From positions 1 to 43,605 of the IMG/VR virus record IMGVR_UViG_3300025162_000081: a stretch of DNA of 43,605 nucleotides. One strand, written 5' to 3'. The stretch is from a virus. Positions within the stretch are counted from its first letter, which is position 1; every line of letters begins with the position of its first letter. The notes under the pieces are model-generated. The model was not told the DNA's origin, ran no database searches, and saw only the letters and a list, made by a program, of their open reading frames with translations. Below, in pieces: positions 16,359 through 25,133 of this stretch. Both the position numbers and the translations under genes were made by a program.

Positions 16359-17029
16359 AACATTACGATAGTTTTGAGAATATTAAGTACGACCAACTTT
16401 TGTTGGGTGAAGAAATCTGGGCATCAAATAAAATTGATGGTCAGAATTTTTGTGCTAAATATTCACCGAGACAAAAAGAATTTACTATGTTTGGATCTAA
16501 AAATCAAAATGTAGATGAAACAAGTGAGCAATTTGGTAAAGCAGTTTTGTATTTCAAACAAAATATGGCTGATACTCTAAAACAAATCATCATAAACAAT
16601 TCAAAAAAAGGTGGAGTATTTACTGGCGTTGAAGAAATTACAGTATTTTGTGAGTGGTACGGTGAGAACACTTTTAGTGGATTTCATGTGCCTGGCGAAG
16701 AATTAAAATTATGTCTAATAGATGTGTTCTTGAAAAAGAAAGGCTACATTGAACCAAAAATATTCTATAAACTCTTTGATGGCTACAGTAATATTGAAGT
16801 ACCAGAACTCATATATAGTGGCAAACTAACAAAGGATTTCATCAATTCTATTGTGAATAATGATTGGACTAAGCCTGGTTGTTTATATCCAACTGTTAAA
16901 GAAGGTGTAGTTTGTAAACGATCAACTTTAATGAAAGGTCAAAGAATGCCAAAGGCAAAAATAAAAACTGGATGGTGGTTAAATAAATTGACAGAATTAT
17001 ATCCTGATAGATGGAAAGAATTAGAATGA
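16355..17029 (+). CDS. Rnl2-family RNA ligase, nucleotidyltransferase domain only
   Basis: N-terminus aligns with T4 RNA ligase 2 as I recall it: HYDSFENIKYDQL...IWASNKIDGQNFC vs KYSSLENHYNSKF...EWVAREKIHGTNFS (motif I KxxG lysine). Later EEITVFCEWYGE and EGVVCKR (motifs IV/V). 224 aa, so it lacks the Rnl2 C-terminal domain. Confidence 0.65.
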   Translation: MKHYDSFENIKYDQLLLGEEIWASNKIDGQNFCAKYSPRQKEFTMFGSKNQNVDETSEQFGKAVLYFKQNMADTLKQIIINNSKKGGVFTGVEEITVFCEWYGENTFSGFHVPGEELKLCLIDVFLKKKGYIEPKIFYKLFDGYSNIEVPELIYSGKLTKDFINSIVNNDWTKPGCLYPTVKEGVVCKRSTLMKGQRMPKAKIKTGWWLNKLTELYPDRWKELE

Positions 17030-18242
17030 ACTACTAAGTAGTTTCCTTACAAAGATTATACTTTATAAGAACTTTAGATAAATCTAAAGGCTCGTTCATA
17101 GAAGCAAAGTGATTTCCGAACCACCTATTCAATATATTTATGGCTGAATTTAAATCACGGTCTATAATTATGGTGTCTGATAACTGAACTTCCCTATTAC
17201 CAAGACTTATTTTATCTTTAAATAGTTTTCCAGTTAGACAGTTAATTTGTGTTGTCCATTTTTCATCAATTTTCACCAAGTTGGTATTTTTTGCTTGACA
17301 CTTATATGTAAGGAATTGTAGAAACATATTGATATTAGATTGACTAAATGACTTTCTAATACCTTTTTTATTCTCATTCACTCCTTCTGTTGACATTAGC
17401 CTCTTAACTGTTAGATCACCAACTACAATTGTATTGTAGTTCATATTCGATAACTTTTTACTCTGAATATGAAGAGTTTGTTTTATTTGTTCGTTCTTTT
17501 TATGATAACATTTATTTAATGTTTTTTTCAATAATAAGTTTCTATTTGATCCTTTTGTTGTTTTACTCCTTTTGTTTTGTATTTTTGCTATTTGTTTCTG
17601 ATAATAATCATTAATTTTTTTAGATTTATTTTTTAATACAATCATACCACCTTTATTATCTATTCCTGTTCCTAATTTACTTAACCCCAAATCAATAGCA
17701 AGAACTTTAGTTTTAACATTAACATCATTAAAATATTCTATTTTATCGTCAATCACCAAATCACACAACCATTTATGTCTAATAAATTTAATTCTTATTT
17801 CTTTTATTTTTAAATCTTTAATATTTAAATTTGATTTATATTCAAATGGAATTTGATTTAGAAAGAACAATCCTTTTTTTATCATCCATCCTGATTGATT
17901 AAAAGAAATAGTATGAAAATAATTATTTTCTATTTTTCTTGGTGGTTTAGCATTTTTATCTTTTTTTATCAAATTAAAAAATGACCTATAAGATCCATAT
18001 AATTCTGTTGCTATTGTTTGAATTGCCTTTGAATTTAATTTCTTCCAATCTGGATATTCTTCTTTTAATAATGGTAATAAATTATTTAACTTGAATTTAT
18101 CTAAAATTATTTTATCTGTTTCATATTTATCTTGTTGTATATCAAGCAATTTATTCCATATATCTTTACGAATATCAGATAATTCTTGTAATTCAAGAAT
18201 TTGTTCTTTTGATGGAAATAATCTTATTTGATACGTCTTCAT
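17030..18242 (-). mobile_element. IS200/IS605-family tnpB-only (IS1341-like) element; ends not determined
   Basis: TnpB ORF with no adjacent tnpA. Its stop is only 5 nt from the convergent RNA-ligase stop, so any right-end/omega-RNA scaffold must overlap 3' sequence there. Confidence 0.3.
17034..18242 (-). CDS. tnpB: TnpB (IS605 OrfB) RuvC-like RNA-guided-nuclease family protein
   Basis: N-terminus MKTYQIRLFPSKEQ. RuvC-I VLAIDLGLSKLGTG. C-terminal CLTGK...IIDRDLNSAINIL (RuvC-III DRDxNAAxNI). 402 aa. Confidence 0.8.
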   Translation of the reverse strand: MKTYQIRLFPSKEQILELQELSDIRKDIWNKLLDIQQDKYETDKIILDKFKLNNLLPLLKEEYPDWKKLNSKAIQTIATELYGSYRSFFNLIKKDKNAKPPRKIENNYFHTISFNQSGWMIKKGLFFLNQIPFEYKSNLNIKDLKIKEIRIKFIRHKWLCDLVIDDKIEYFNDVNVKTKVLAIDLGLSKLGTGIDNKGGMIVLKNKSKKINDYYQKQIAKIQNKRSKTTKGSNRNLLLKKTLNKCYHKKNEQIKQTLHIQSKKLSNMNYNTIVVGDLTVKRLMSTEGVNENKKGIRKSFSQSNINMFLQFLTYKCQAKNTNLVKIDEKWTTQINCLTGKLFKDKISLGNREVQLSDTIIIDRDLNSAINILNRWFGNHFASMNEPLDLSKVLIKYNLCKETT

Positions 18243-18314
18243 TTTACTTATACAACATTTTTTATACTATTATATATAAATATAATAAAATCAAAAAGGC
18301 TATTTTAGTGTCTT

Positions 18315-18344
18315 TTAACATTATTTAACATTAAATTAACATTA
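18315..18344 (+). repeat. three phased copies of TTAACATTA (spacing 10/11 bp) in the tnpB/NADAR divergent region
   Basis: Same core as the AAATTAACAT x3 array at 12641..12670. Confidence 0.5.
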
Positions 18345-18361
18345 AATATAAACAAATATTA

Positions 18362-18369
18362 TATATTTG
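18362..18369 (+). promoter_or_regulatory. -7 promoter box TATATTTG(TA)
   Basis: 35 nt upstream of ATG 18404. Confidence 0.35.
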
Positions 18370-18403
18370 TATAAATCTTGTAAGCAAACGAATAAAAATA
18401 AAT

Positions 18404-18862
18404 ATGGAAAAGAAATATACATTTTTTTGGAATGGAGTTTTTAGTAACTGGCATAGAGCGATATTCAAAGTGGATGGTGTTACATTTAGTTCTGGGGAAC
18501 AGTACTTCATGTACAAAAAGGCTATTGTGTTTCACGATTTTGACTCTGCAGAAAAGATTATGAATGAAGAACATCCAAGAAGGCAAAAGGCTTTAGGAAA
18601 ATTAGTAAAGAATTTTAACAAAAAAACTTGGGATGATCTTTGTTATGATATAGTTAAGGATGGATTACGTGAAAAGTTTAAGCAAAATCCTGATATGAAA
18701 GAATATCTAATTAGTTGTAAAGACACTATTATTGTTGAAGCATCACCAGAGGATAGAATTTGGGGAATTGGATACGGAGAATGGGAAGCACTTGAAAATA
18801 TTGATGATTGGGGTCAAAATCTGTTAGGTAAAATATGTACTGAATTGGCTAATGAACTATGA
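18404..18862 (+). CDS. NADAR (YbiA/DUF1768) family protein
   Basis: FFWNGVFSNWHRAIFKVDGVTFSSGEQYFMYKKA...HPRRQKALGK...KFKQNPD...IVEASPEDRIWGIGYG is the family signature end to end. Confidence 0.7.
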   Translation: MEKKYTFFWNGVFSNWHRAIFKVDGVTFSSGEQYFMYKKAIVFHDFDSAEKIMNEEHPRRQKALGKLVKNFNKKTWDDLCYDIVKDGLREKFKQNPDMKEYLISCKDTIIVEASPEDRIWGIGYGEWEALENIDDWGQNLLGKICTELANEL

Positions 18863-19077
18863 AAAAATATTTTGTAATTAAAAACCGTGGTTGGGGTGCA
18901 TTAAAAGAAGGAGACGTGGTTGGTATAACCACTAATGAAGAATATGCAAAATCAAGAGTGGAATGGGCAACTTATTACGAAGAAGTTAAAATGCTTGATT
19001 TTCCAGATTCAATTAAAAAGATTAGAAAAAAGAAATTAAAAAAAATAAATAAAAATGGAAAAGAAATTACCAATTGA
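18859..19077 (+). CDS. small hypothetical protein ending ..IKKIRKKKLKKINKNGKEITN (tail variant)
   Basis: 72 aa. Confidence 0.4.
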   Translation: MKKYFVIKNRGWGALKEGDVVGITTNEEYAKSRVEWATYYEEVKMLDFPDSIKKIRKKKLKKINKNGKEITN

Positions 19078-19405
19078 ACTTTTAATCTGTGCTTGTCATA
19101 ACACAGAACATCAACTTATTCTATCACATGAATATGATGAAGATATAAAATTAGATGCTGATGGTAATGAAATGAAGGATGCAAATGGCAAATTTATCTA
19201 CGATAAAAAGTATCCTATTTGTTATGCTCATGTTCATCTTAAAAAACATTATTTTTGGAGTAGACTTAAATATGCTATTAAACATATTTTTGGCTATCAG
19301 TGTAGATATGGAGCTTTTGATGAATTTATTTTTAAGCCAGAAGATGCTCCAAGATTACAGCAGTTAGTTGATCATCTAAATGAACAAATAAAATCAGAAG
19401 AATAA
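19055..19405 (+). CDS. hypothetical protein
   Basis: 116 aa. Confidence 0.4.
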   Translation: MEKKLPIELLICACHNTEHQLILSHEYDEDIKLDADGNEMKDANGKFIYDKKYPICYAHVHLKKHYFWSRLKYAIKHIFGYQCRYGAFDEFIFKPEDAPRLQQLVDHLNEQIKSEE

Positions 19406-19467
19406 ATAATAAATTTGGTGGTCTCATATAAAAGCAGTATCTTTGTTCTACACTTAAAAACAATAAT

Positions 19468-19818
19468 ATGAACTACTCAGAGATCAAAATGTTAGAAGGT
19501 TCAATCAAAAATGAACTTCAGAAAAGGTTTCCTTATTCATCTACAAAGGTTTCCACATTAGGAGGTGAAAGTAAAGCAACAATCTTTTTCACTTTTAGTC
19601 TTGACAAATCAAGCACTTGGGAAAATGGCATCATGCAGAACAGTCGTTATTTTATCTTCAGTGTAACATACAAAGGTGAAGTAGAATGTATCAGTAAGTC
19701 AGTTAAAGAAGTGAACGTAAGAAAATTCACAATTGAAAATACTGAAAAGTTATTGATCAAGATTTCTAAAGTATTGGATGAAGTTAAAACTAAGGCAAAT
19801 AAAAAAGTTACTGCATAA
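19468..19818 (+). CDS. hypothetical protein
   Basis: 116 aa. Confidence 0.4.
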   Translation: MNYSEIKMLEGSIKNELQKRFPYSSTKVSTLGGESKATIFFTFSLDKSSTWENGIMQNSRYFIFSVTYKGEVECISKSVKEVNVRKFTIENTEKLLIKISKVLDEVKTKANKKVTA

Positions 19819-19823
19819 TGAAA

Positions 19824-20279
19824 TTAAAATTTAGAGAGCAATTTTTGTTCTCTAAATTTTTTCATAGAATTTGAGATTTTATTTTTTTGTTCCTCACTAA
19901 GTTTAGTATAAACTCTTCCATTTCTTGCAGATTGTATATGTTCAACTGACTTCTTTTTACCCTTTGATGCCTTAGACATTTTTTCTCTTGTCTCTACTGA
20001 AAATATCCTACCAGTGCAACCTTTTCTTATTTTTTCTTTTCTATCATTTGATAACTTGGTACCTGTTAATGTTTTTGATATTTTTTCTTTAGTTTCATCA
20101 CTTAATGGTCCTTTTAGTACACCCTTTAATCTTTTTGACATTTTTTCTTTTGATTCTTCACTCATTTTTTGACCCTTATGTGACTCTGAATTTTTTAATG
20201 TGTGTTCAATTGATTTTTTCTTACCCTTTAATGCAGCAGACATCTTCAATTTTGTTTCTTCAGTATGATGATATCCCAT
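19824..20279 (-). CDS. free-standing NUMOD3-repeat protein (about 5 repeats)
   Basis: EETKLKMSAALKGKKKS / SEESKEKMSKRLKG / SDETKEKISKTLTG / SVETREKMSKASKGKKKS / SEEQKNKISNSMKK. Confidence 0.5.
   Translation of the reverse strand: MGYHHTEETKLKMSAALKGKKKSIEHTLKNSESHKGQKMSEESKEKMSKRLKGVLKGPLSDETKEKISKTLTGTKLSNDRKEKIRKGCTGRIFSVETREKMSKASKGKKKSVEHIQSARNGRVYTKLSEEQKNKISNSMKKFREQKLLSKF
19829..19866 (+). terminator. candidate intrinsic terminator TTAGAGA-gcaatttttgt-TCTCTAA + T-tract
   Basis: Follows stop 19818. Overlaps the last codons of the convergent minus gene. Confidence 0.3.
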
Positions 20280-20355
20280 TATTGTATCGCCACCAATAGT
20301 TAAATTATAACTTGCATACTTATTAAAAATATTTTTTTATTTGCTAAATTTTTTG

Positions 20356-20363
20356 TATATTTG
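20356..20363 (+). promoter_or_regulatory. -7 promoter box TATATTTG
   Basis: 24 nt upstream of ATG 20387. Confidence 0.35.
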
Positions 20364-20386
20364 CACTAACAATAAAAAAATAAATT

Positions 20387-20860
20387 ATGGATATAGGATC
20401 AGGGAAAGAGTACCCATCAAATGCTCTTAGTAATTTCGCACCACATCCATTTATATTTGATGGTGTAGATGTTTCTTCAATGGAAGGACTCCTACAGTCG
20501 TTTAAATATAAGAATTTTGATATGCAGAAAGAAATATGTAAACTCGTGGGGAAAGCAGCAAAATTCAAAGGTAAAAAGAAAAACTGGTACACAGATCAGA
20601 AGCTATATTGGAATGGTGCTGTATATGAAAGAGAATCAAAGGAATATCAATCTTTGTTAGATAGAGCCTTCGATGCTTTGGCTGAGAACACAGGATTTCA
20701 AAAAGCATTAATTGCATCTGGAAAATCAGTATTAACACACGAAATTGGAAAATCAAAAGAAAGTGAAACTGTTTTAACAAAAAGAGAATTCATTTCAAGG
20801 CTAAACAAAATTCGTGAGAGACTATTCAAAGAAAAAACTGGATTTAAATTTTCAGAATAA
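20387..20860 (+). CDS. divergent NADAR-like protein (tentative)
   Basis: N-terminus ALSNFAPHPFIFDGVDVSSMEGLLQSFKY fits the NADAR N-terminal block (LSNF.P.PF..DG..Y.S.EH.FQA.KF). C-terminal half is not clearly alignable. Confidence 0.35.
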   Translation: MDIGSGKEYPSNALSNFAPHPFIFDGVDVSSMEGLLQSFKYKNFDMQKEICKLVGKAAKFKGKKKNWYTDQKLYWNGAVYERESKEYQSLLDRAFDALAENTGFQKALIASGKSVLTHEIGKSKESETVLTKREFISRLNKIRERLFKEKTGFKFSE

Positions 20861-20863
20861 AAT

Positions 20864-20896
20864 AAAAAAAGAGGACTTTTCAGTCCTCTTTTTTTA
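20864..20896. terminator. bidirectional intrinsic terminator AAAAAAAGAGGACT-tttc-AGTCCTCTTTTTTTAT
   Basis: Perfect 7-bp GC-containing stem with flanking A and T tracts, between convergent genes. Confidence 0.6.
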
Positions 20897-21359
20897 TATT
20901 TGCCTTTGTCCATTCTTCTGAAATCTTTCTTAAAGATGTACCTTTTACTAATTTATGATCAAAAAATCTAAACCTTAAAGGTATATGTTTTAATACTTTA
21001 ATAACCTTATATGGTAGGTTGACATTTTCTTTTATCCATTCAAATATTTCTTCATGTTCTTTTGGTATAATAAAAATTCTTTCACCTTCTGCATCTGATT
21101 GTAATATACCAAATCTTTCTTCTAACTCTTCATAGGCACAGGACAAACCGTCTCCAAAATATTTTAATCTCCAGTCACGTTGTGTAATACCTATAAATTT
21201 TTCAAATAATTGCCAAAAGAAAACATGGTATTGCATTGCTCTTTCACTGTGTTGTTCAGGTAAAGGCAGATTATTTTTATCTGATTTATCTAATAGATAT
21301 TTACTTGCATAAACTCTAATTTTTATTATGTAATAATCTTTACAATTAAATTTTTTCAT
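20880..21359 (-). CDS. hypothetical protein
   Basis: 159 aa. Confidence 0.4.
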   Translation of the reverse strand: MKKFNCKDYYIIKIRVYASKYLLDKSDKNNLPLPEQHSERAMQYHVFFWQLFEKFIGITQRDWRLKYFGDGLSCAYEELEERFGILQSDAEGERIFIIPKEHEEIFEWIKENVNLPYKVIKVLKHIPLRFRFFDHKLVKGTSLRKISEEWTKANIKKED

Positions 21360-22081
21360 TCTACTAATTTTTTAAGAACTGAATATTCATTTTTTTTCTT
21401 ATCAAGCATTTCAATCATTAACTGTAGATGATCATTATTTTTAGTACTGAACAAATGCCTATTGTTTTCTGTATGTTCTATAAATTTCCAAGCATCTTCT
21501 ATTAAATCATTTCTAAATTTTGAAAATTGCTCAACTTTATGTTTTGGTATATAAACATCTTTTGAAGATAGAAATCTAAGTCTATCAGGAAGAAAACCAT
21601 CTCTCCCACCATGATCACAAATAACTCTCATAATTTCTAGAACATCTGCATCTTGTACAATTTGTTTATTTATACTCCAATCACCATGTTTTTCAATAAA
21701 TCTGGAAACATGATATGAATATTCTTCATTTAATCCATTAGATCCCAAATAACTATAACACAAATCTGCGCTATCACTTTCCCAAAGATCAATACCATTT
21801 CCTTGTCTGCCAGAATCGTGAAATGCAATTGCGTGTCTTATTCCGTTAAAATCAACATCTAATCCAAGATCATTGTAGAACCTTGCCATAAGTTCTGAAA
21901 ACAACACAGCTCTTGTAATATGTCTTCTACCGTGAATACCATAAGGGTCGAATGTAGCTTCGTGATTCTGGTAATGTGGTAATATATGTATTTCTAAATC
22001 TTTTGTAAAATTATTCCAACCTTCAATATTTCTAATCATTCTTTTTATTATTTTTATCTTCTGCTCTATATTTTTCTGCAA
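21356..22081 (-). CDS. HD-domain phosphohydrolase-like protein
   Basis: HGRRH...AFHDSGR (H...HD) metal-binding pattern. 241 aa. Confidence 0.5.
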   Translation of the reverse strand: MQKNIEQKIKIIKRMIRNIEGWNNFTKDLEIHILPHYQNHEATFDPYGIHGRRHITRAVLFSELMARFYNDLGLDVDFNGIRHAIAFHDSGRQGNGIDLWESDSADLCYSYLGSNGLNEEYSYHVSRFIEKHGDWSINKQIVQDADVLEIMRVICDHGGRDGFLPDRLRFLSSKDVYIPKHKVEQFSKFRNDLIEDAWKFIEHTENNRHLFSTKNNDHLQLMIEMLDKKKNEYSVLKKLVE

Positions 22082-22415
22082 GAAGTTCTATGAAAATTTT
22101 TCTTTCTCTTAATTCTTCTGGAGTTAATGTGCATAATTCCTTATTAATGAATTCTTTAACCTTATTAATATTTTCTTCATTCCAAATAGTACCAGGTAAA
22201 TATTCAGCATTATCAATATACCAAGCGCCAAATTTATCTCTCCAAAGTGTATCAGACATACCACATTCATAAGCTTCATGCTTTAATTCTGATGGTAATT
22301 GCTTAAATATTTCTTTAAGTTCTTTTTTTGAACAATTTAGTTTTGTAGTATCCCAAGTTATATCGAGTATGCAATCGTGCATATGATCCCAATCATTCTT
22401 TGTAAATTTTTTCAA
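22032..22415 (-). CDS. hypothetical protein
   Basis: 127 aa. Confidence 0.4.
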   Translation of the reverse strand: MKKFTKNDWDHMHDCILDITWDTTKLNCSKKELKEIFKQLPSELKHEAYECGMSDTLWRDKFGAWYIDNAEYLPGTIWNEENINKVKEFINKELCTLTPEELRERKIFIELLAEKYRAEDKNNKKND

Positions 22416-22699
22416 TTTTCTTCTTTTTGTTTATAAACTATATATCTTTCTTCTATTGGAATGTTTTTATCAGTTATAAAATATATCCATTCTTCTTTAA
22501 CAATAGACCAATAAGGATCGTACTGAATTTCACCCATCCATAAATATTTATCATGAATGCATACTATATCTCCTTGATCATATTTTGGCTGTTTCGATAA
22601 AAATTCTTCAAATAATAATTTATAGTATCTGCTATCACCATTTTTTAAATGATTATTATTTATTAACCATCTACCAAATCTTATTGAGGCATTTTCCAT
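22412..22699 (-). CDS. hypothetical protein
   Basis: 95 aa. Confidence 0.4.
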   Translation of the reverse strand: MENASIRFGRWLINNNHLKNGDSRYYKLLFEEFLSKQPKYDQGDIVCIHDKYLWMGEIQYDPYWSIVKEEWIYFITDKNIPIEERYIVYKQKEEN

Positions 22700-22700
22700 T

Positions 22701-22907
22701 TTATATACAGTTATTCATTATTTCAATAATTTTATCTTTATCTATTATTGTACATTTTTCAATTTGTTTATAAATTCTAGATGAGAATTTATCAGTTAAA
22801 ATAACAGCATCTGGTGATTTGAAATATCTATAAAAATTTTCAAAATCACCAGATGTTGCTATTAATCTAATTGAATCTTCAGATATGTATCTTTTATTGA
22901 ATCCCAT
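22701..22907 (-). CDS. hypothetical protein
   Basis: 68 aa. Confidence 0.3.
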   Translation of the reverse strand: MGFNKRYISEDSIRLIATSGDFENFYRYFKSPDAVILTDKFSSRIYKQIEKCTIIDKDKIIEIMNNCI

Positions 22908-23121
22908 TTATTCTATCTTGTATTTGTTCTAAAACATGCTCAGACGCTTCACCATAATCATATGGTTCTTTATTCATATGATCAATATCATATGAGATAC
23001 CTTTGATACATTTTTTTAATGTATTCAATTCAGTTCTTAATTCCTGTATTTCTCTTTTGTATTCTAATTCTTTTTCTTTATTCATTTCCATTTGTTTGAC
23101 CCAATCTATTTTTAAGTTCAA
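22894..23121 (-). CDS. hypothetical coiled-coil protein
   Basis: 75 aa. Confidence 0.35.
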   Translation of the reverse strand: MNLKIDWVKQMEMNKEKELEYKREIQELRTELNTLKKCIKGISYDIDHMNKEPYDYGEASEHVLEQIQDRINGIQ

Positions 23122-23563
23122 TGAGCTGATTTTTTATACTATCAATACTCATTGAATTAATATTTTCAATCATATAATCAATATCTTCACATGCTATTCT
23201 TTTTAGTTTAGCTTTCCTTTCAAGTTTCAACTTTCTAGCACTATTTAGAACAATTGGTGCTGAATTTCCACTTACACTTGCATATGGCTTAATATAACCT
23301 CCACCACCCCAAGTATAAAATCCACTCATTTCATTTGCAGCATATTCAAGAACATCTTTAAATGTACCTTCAACATTACCTAAAAATGGATTAGAGTGAG
23401 ATCCACCCATATCACAATTATGGTCTTCTCCATAAACAGAATAAACAGTATAGCCAGCATCAACAGATGAATAGGCACTATACCTTAGATCATCAAATTT
23501 CTTTTTAGTTTTCATTTCTTTCAATATATGGTTTAACAATATTCCAAGCAAGAATCCAACCAC
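23078..23563 (-). CDS. hypothetical protein (N-terminal hydrophobic segment, Gly-rich centre)
   Basis: 161 aa. Confidence 0.4.
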   Translation of the reverse strand: MVGFLLGILLNHILKEMKTKKKFDDLRYSAYSSVDAGYTVYSVYGEDHNCDMGGSHSNPFLGNVEGTFKDVLEYAANEMSGFYTWGGGGYIKPYASVSGNSAPIVLNSARKLKLERKAKLKRIACEDIDYMIENINSMSIDSIKNQLIELKNRLGQTNGNE

Positions 23564-23648
23564 CTATAACGCATAACATCATTGATAATGTACCATTAGC
23601 TAAAACACCAAAAATTAATATTTATTTTTTTATGTTAATATTTTTTAA

Positions 23649-23656
23649 TACTTTTG
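23649..23656 (+). promoter_or_regulatory. -7 promoter box TACTTTTG
   Basis: Upstream of the HNH remnant and the radical-SAM operon. Confidence 0.35.
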
Positions 23657-23715
23657 ATTAAAATATTATATAAGTAATATGGCAACAAAATTTTATGGTG
23701 ATTTGTGGGAAATAG

Positions 23716-23862
23716 AAGATAGTGGCGTTTGATAAGACTAAGGCATTGGATTTAAATAATGGAATAACATTATGTGAAAAGTGTCACAAATTATTTCATA
23801 AAAATTATGGTAAAAAAGAAAATAATATAGAACAATTAAATGAATTTTTAAATGAAAAATAA
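23716..23862 (+). pseudogene. C-terminal remnant of an HNH endonuclease (..ALDLNNGITLCEKCHKLFHKNYG..)
   Basis: Frame contains D..N...LC..CH...H, the second half of the HNH motif. The N-terminal H/GG half is missing, and the upstream ATG at 23689 is out of frame and terminates after 17 codons. Confidence 0.4.
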
Positions 23863-24865
23863 ATTAGAAGAAATAGGTTTTTATACATTAAGTGACAAAA
23901 GAGCAGAAAATGTTTCTATGGAATCACAAATGAAAAGATGTGAAATGATCATAACAGAGTACTGCAATTTTTCTTGCGGTTATTGTAGAGGGTTAAAACC
24001 TGAAATATACGGCAATAGAAAGATAAAAGAATTATCTTTTGATGAAGTATGTAGGAATATTGATCTTTGGTGTGAAAACCAGCCATTAGAAAATATTAGG
24101 TTTTCTGGTGGTGAGCCAACATTACATAAAAATATTGTTGAGATAATATCTTATGCTAAAAGTAAAGGTATTAAAAGAATTGCAATTTCAACAAATGGTA
24201 GCAATAAAATGGAGTTATATACAGCATTAATTAACGCTGGATGTAATGACTTTTCTATATCATTAGATGCTTGTTGTTCTGATGATGGTGATAAAATGGC
24301 AGGTAATATTAATGGTTCTTGGAATGTTGTTGTAAAAAATATAGAAGAAATATCAAAATTAACTTACGTTACTGTTGGTGTTGTTTTAACACCAGATAAT
24401 ATTGATAAAACTATTGATACTATTAGATTTGCGCATAAGTTAGGTGTTGCAGATATTAGAATTATCAGCGCAGCACAATGGAACCAGCCAATACCAAGAT
24501 TAAATGAGGTTGAAGATTATATTAAAGATTCTCATCCAATCTTAAAATATAGAATTAACCACTTCTCAGAAGGAATTAATGTGAGAGGTCTTGTTGATAG
24601 CGACAGTAAAAAGTGCGCTATTGTGTTGGATGATAGCATAATAGGAGGAGAATATTTCTTTCCTTGCGTAATTTACATGAGAGAACAAGGTGAATCTATC
24701 GGAAAAGTTGGTCCAAATATGAGAAAAGAAAGATTTGAATGGTTTAAAACTCATAACACTCACACAGATGATATTTGCAAAAATAATTGTCTTGATGTTT
24801 GTCGGGATATAAATAATAAGATAAGAGATACAAATAAAAAATTAGCAGAATTTTACAATGATTAG
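23852..24865 (+). CDS. radical SAM enzyme (MoaA/viperin-like core, Cys-rich C-terminal extension)
   Basis: CNFSCGYC (CxxxCxxC) at residues about 38-45. GGEPTL SAM-binding motif. ISTNGS..ISLD barrel strands. C-terminal CxnC..CxxxC. Confidence 0.75.
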   Translation: MKNKLEEIGFYTLSDKRAENVSMESQMKRCEMIITEYCNFSCGYCRGLKPEIYGNRKIKELSFDEVCRNIDLWCENQPLENIRFSGGEPTLHKNIVEIISYAKSKGIKRIAISTNGSNKMELYTALINAGCNDFSISLDACCSDDGDKMAGNINGSWNVVVKNIEEISKLTYVTVGVVLTPDNIDKTIDTIRFAHKLGVADIRIISAAQWNQPIPRLNEVEDYIKDSHPILKYRINHFSEGINVRGLVDSDSKKCAIVLDDSIIGGEYFFPCVIYMREQGESIGKVGPNMRKERFEWFKTHNTHTDDICKNNCLDVCRDINNKIRDTNKKLAEFYND

Positions 24866-25133
24866 AAGAATACCAGCAGTCCAATTTACTTATGATCTAT
24901 GGAGAGCAGGTTCACTCAATGAATTAGGAATAAGGCATAGAGAATGGGCAATAACTGAAAGAAGTAGATTCATAAGGAAAATGGCTATTGGTTTTACTGA
25001 AGGTGAAAAACTACTGCTTAGAAGAAAAGAAAATCATATTGCAGTAATGTTTTATGATACAAATTTGAAACACTTTTGGACACACTTAACACTTAGAGAA
25101 TTTTACATATGTTTTCCAGAGTTACAAAAATAA
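24858..25133 (+). CDS. hypothetical protein (middle gene of radical-SAM/GGDEF operon)
   Basis: Start overlaps radical-SAM stop by 8 nt. Its stop overlaps the GGDEF start. Confidence 0.4.
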   Translation: MIRRIPAVQFTYDLWRAGSLNELGIRHREWAITERSRFIRKMAIGFTEGEKLLLRRKENHIAVMFYDTNLKHFWTHLTLREFYICFPELQK

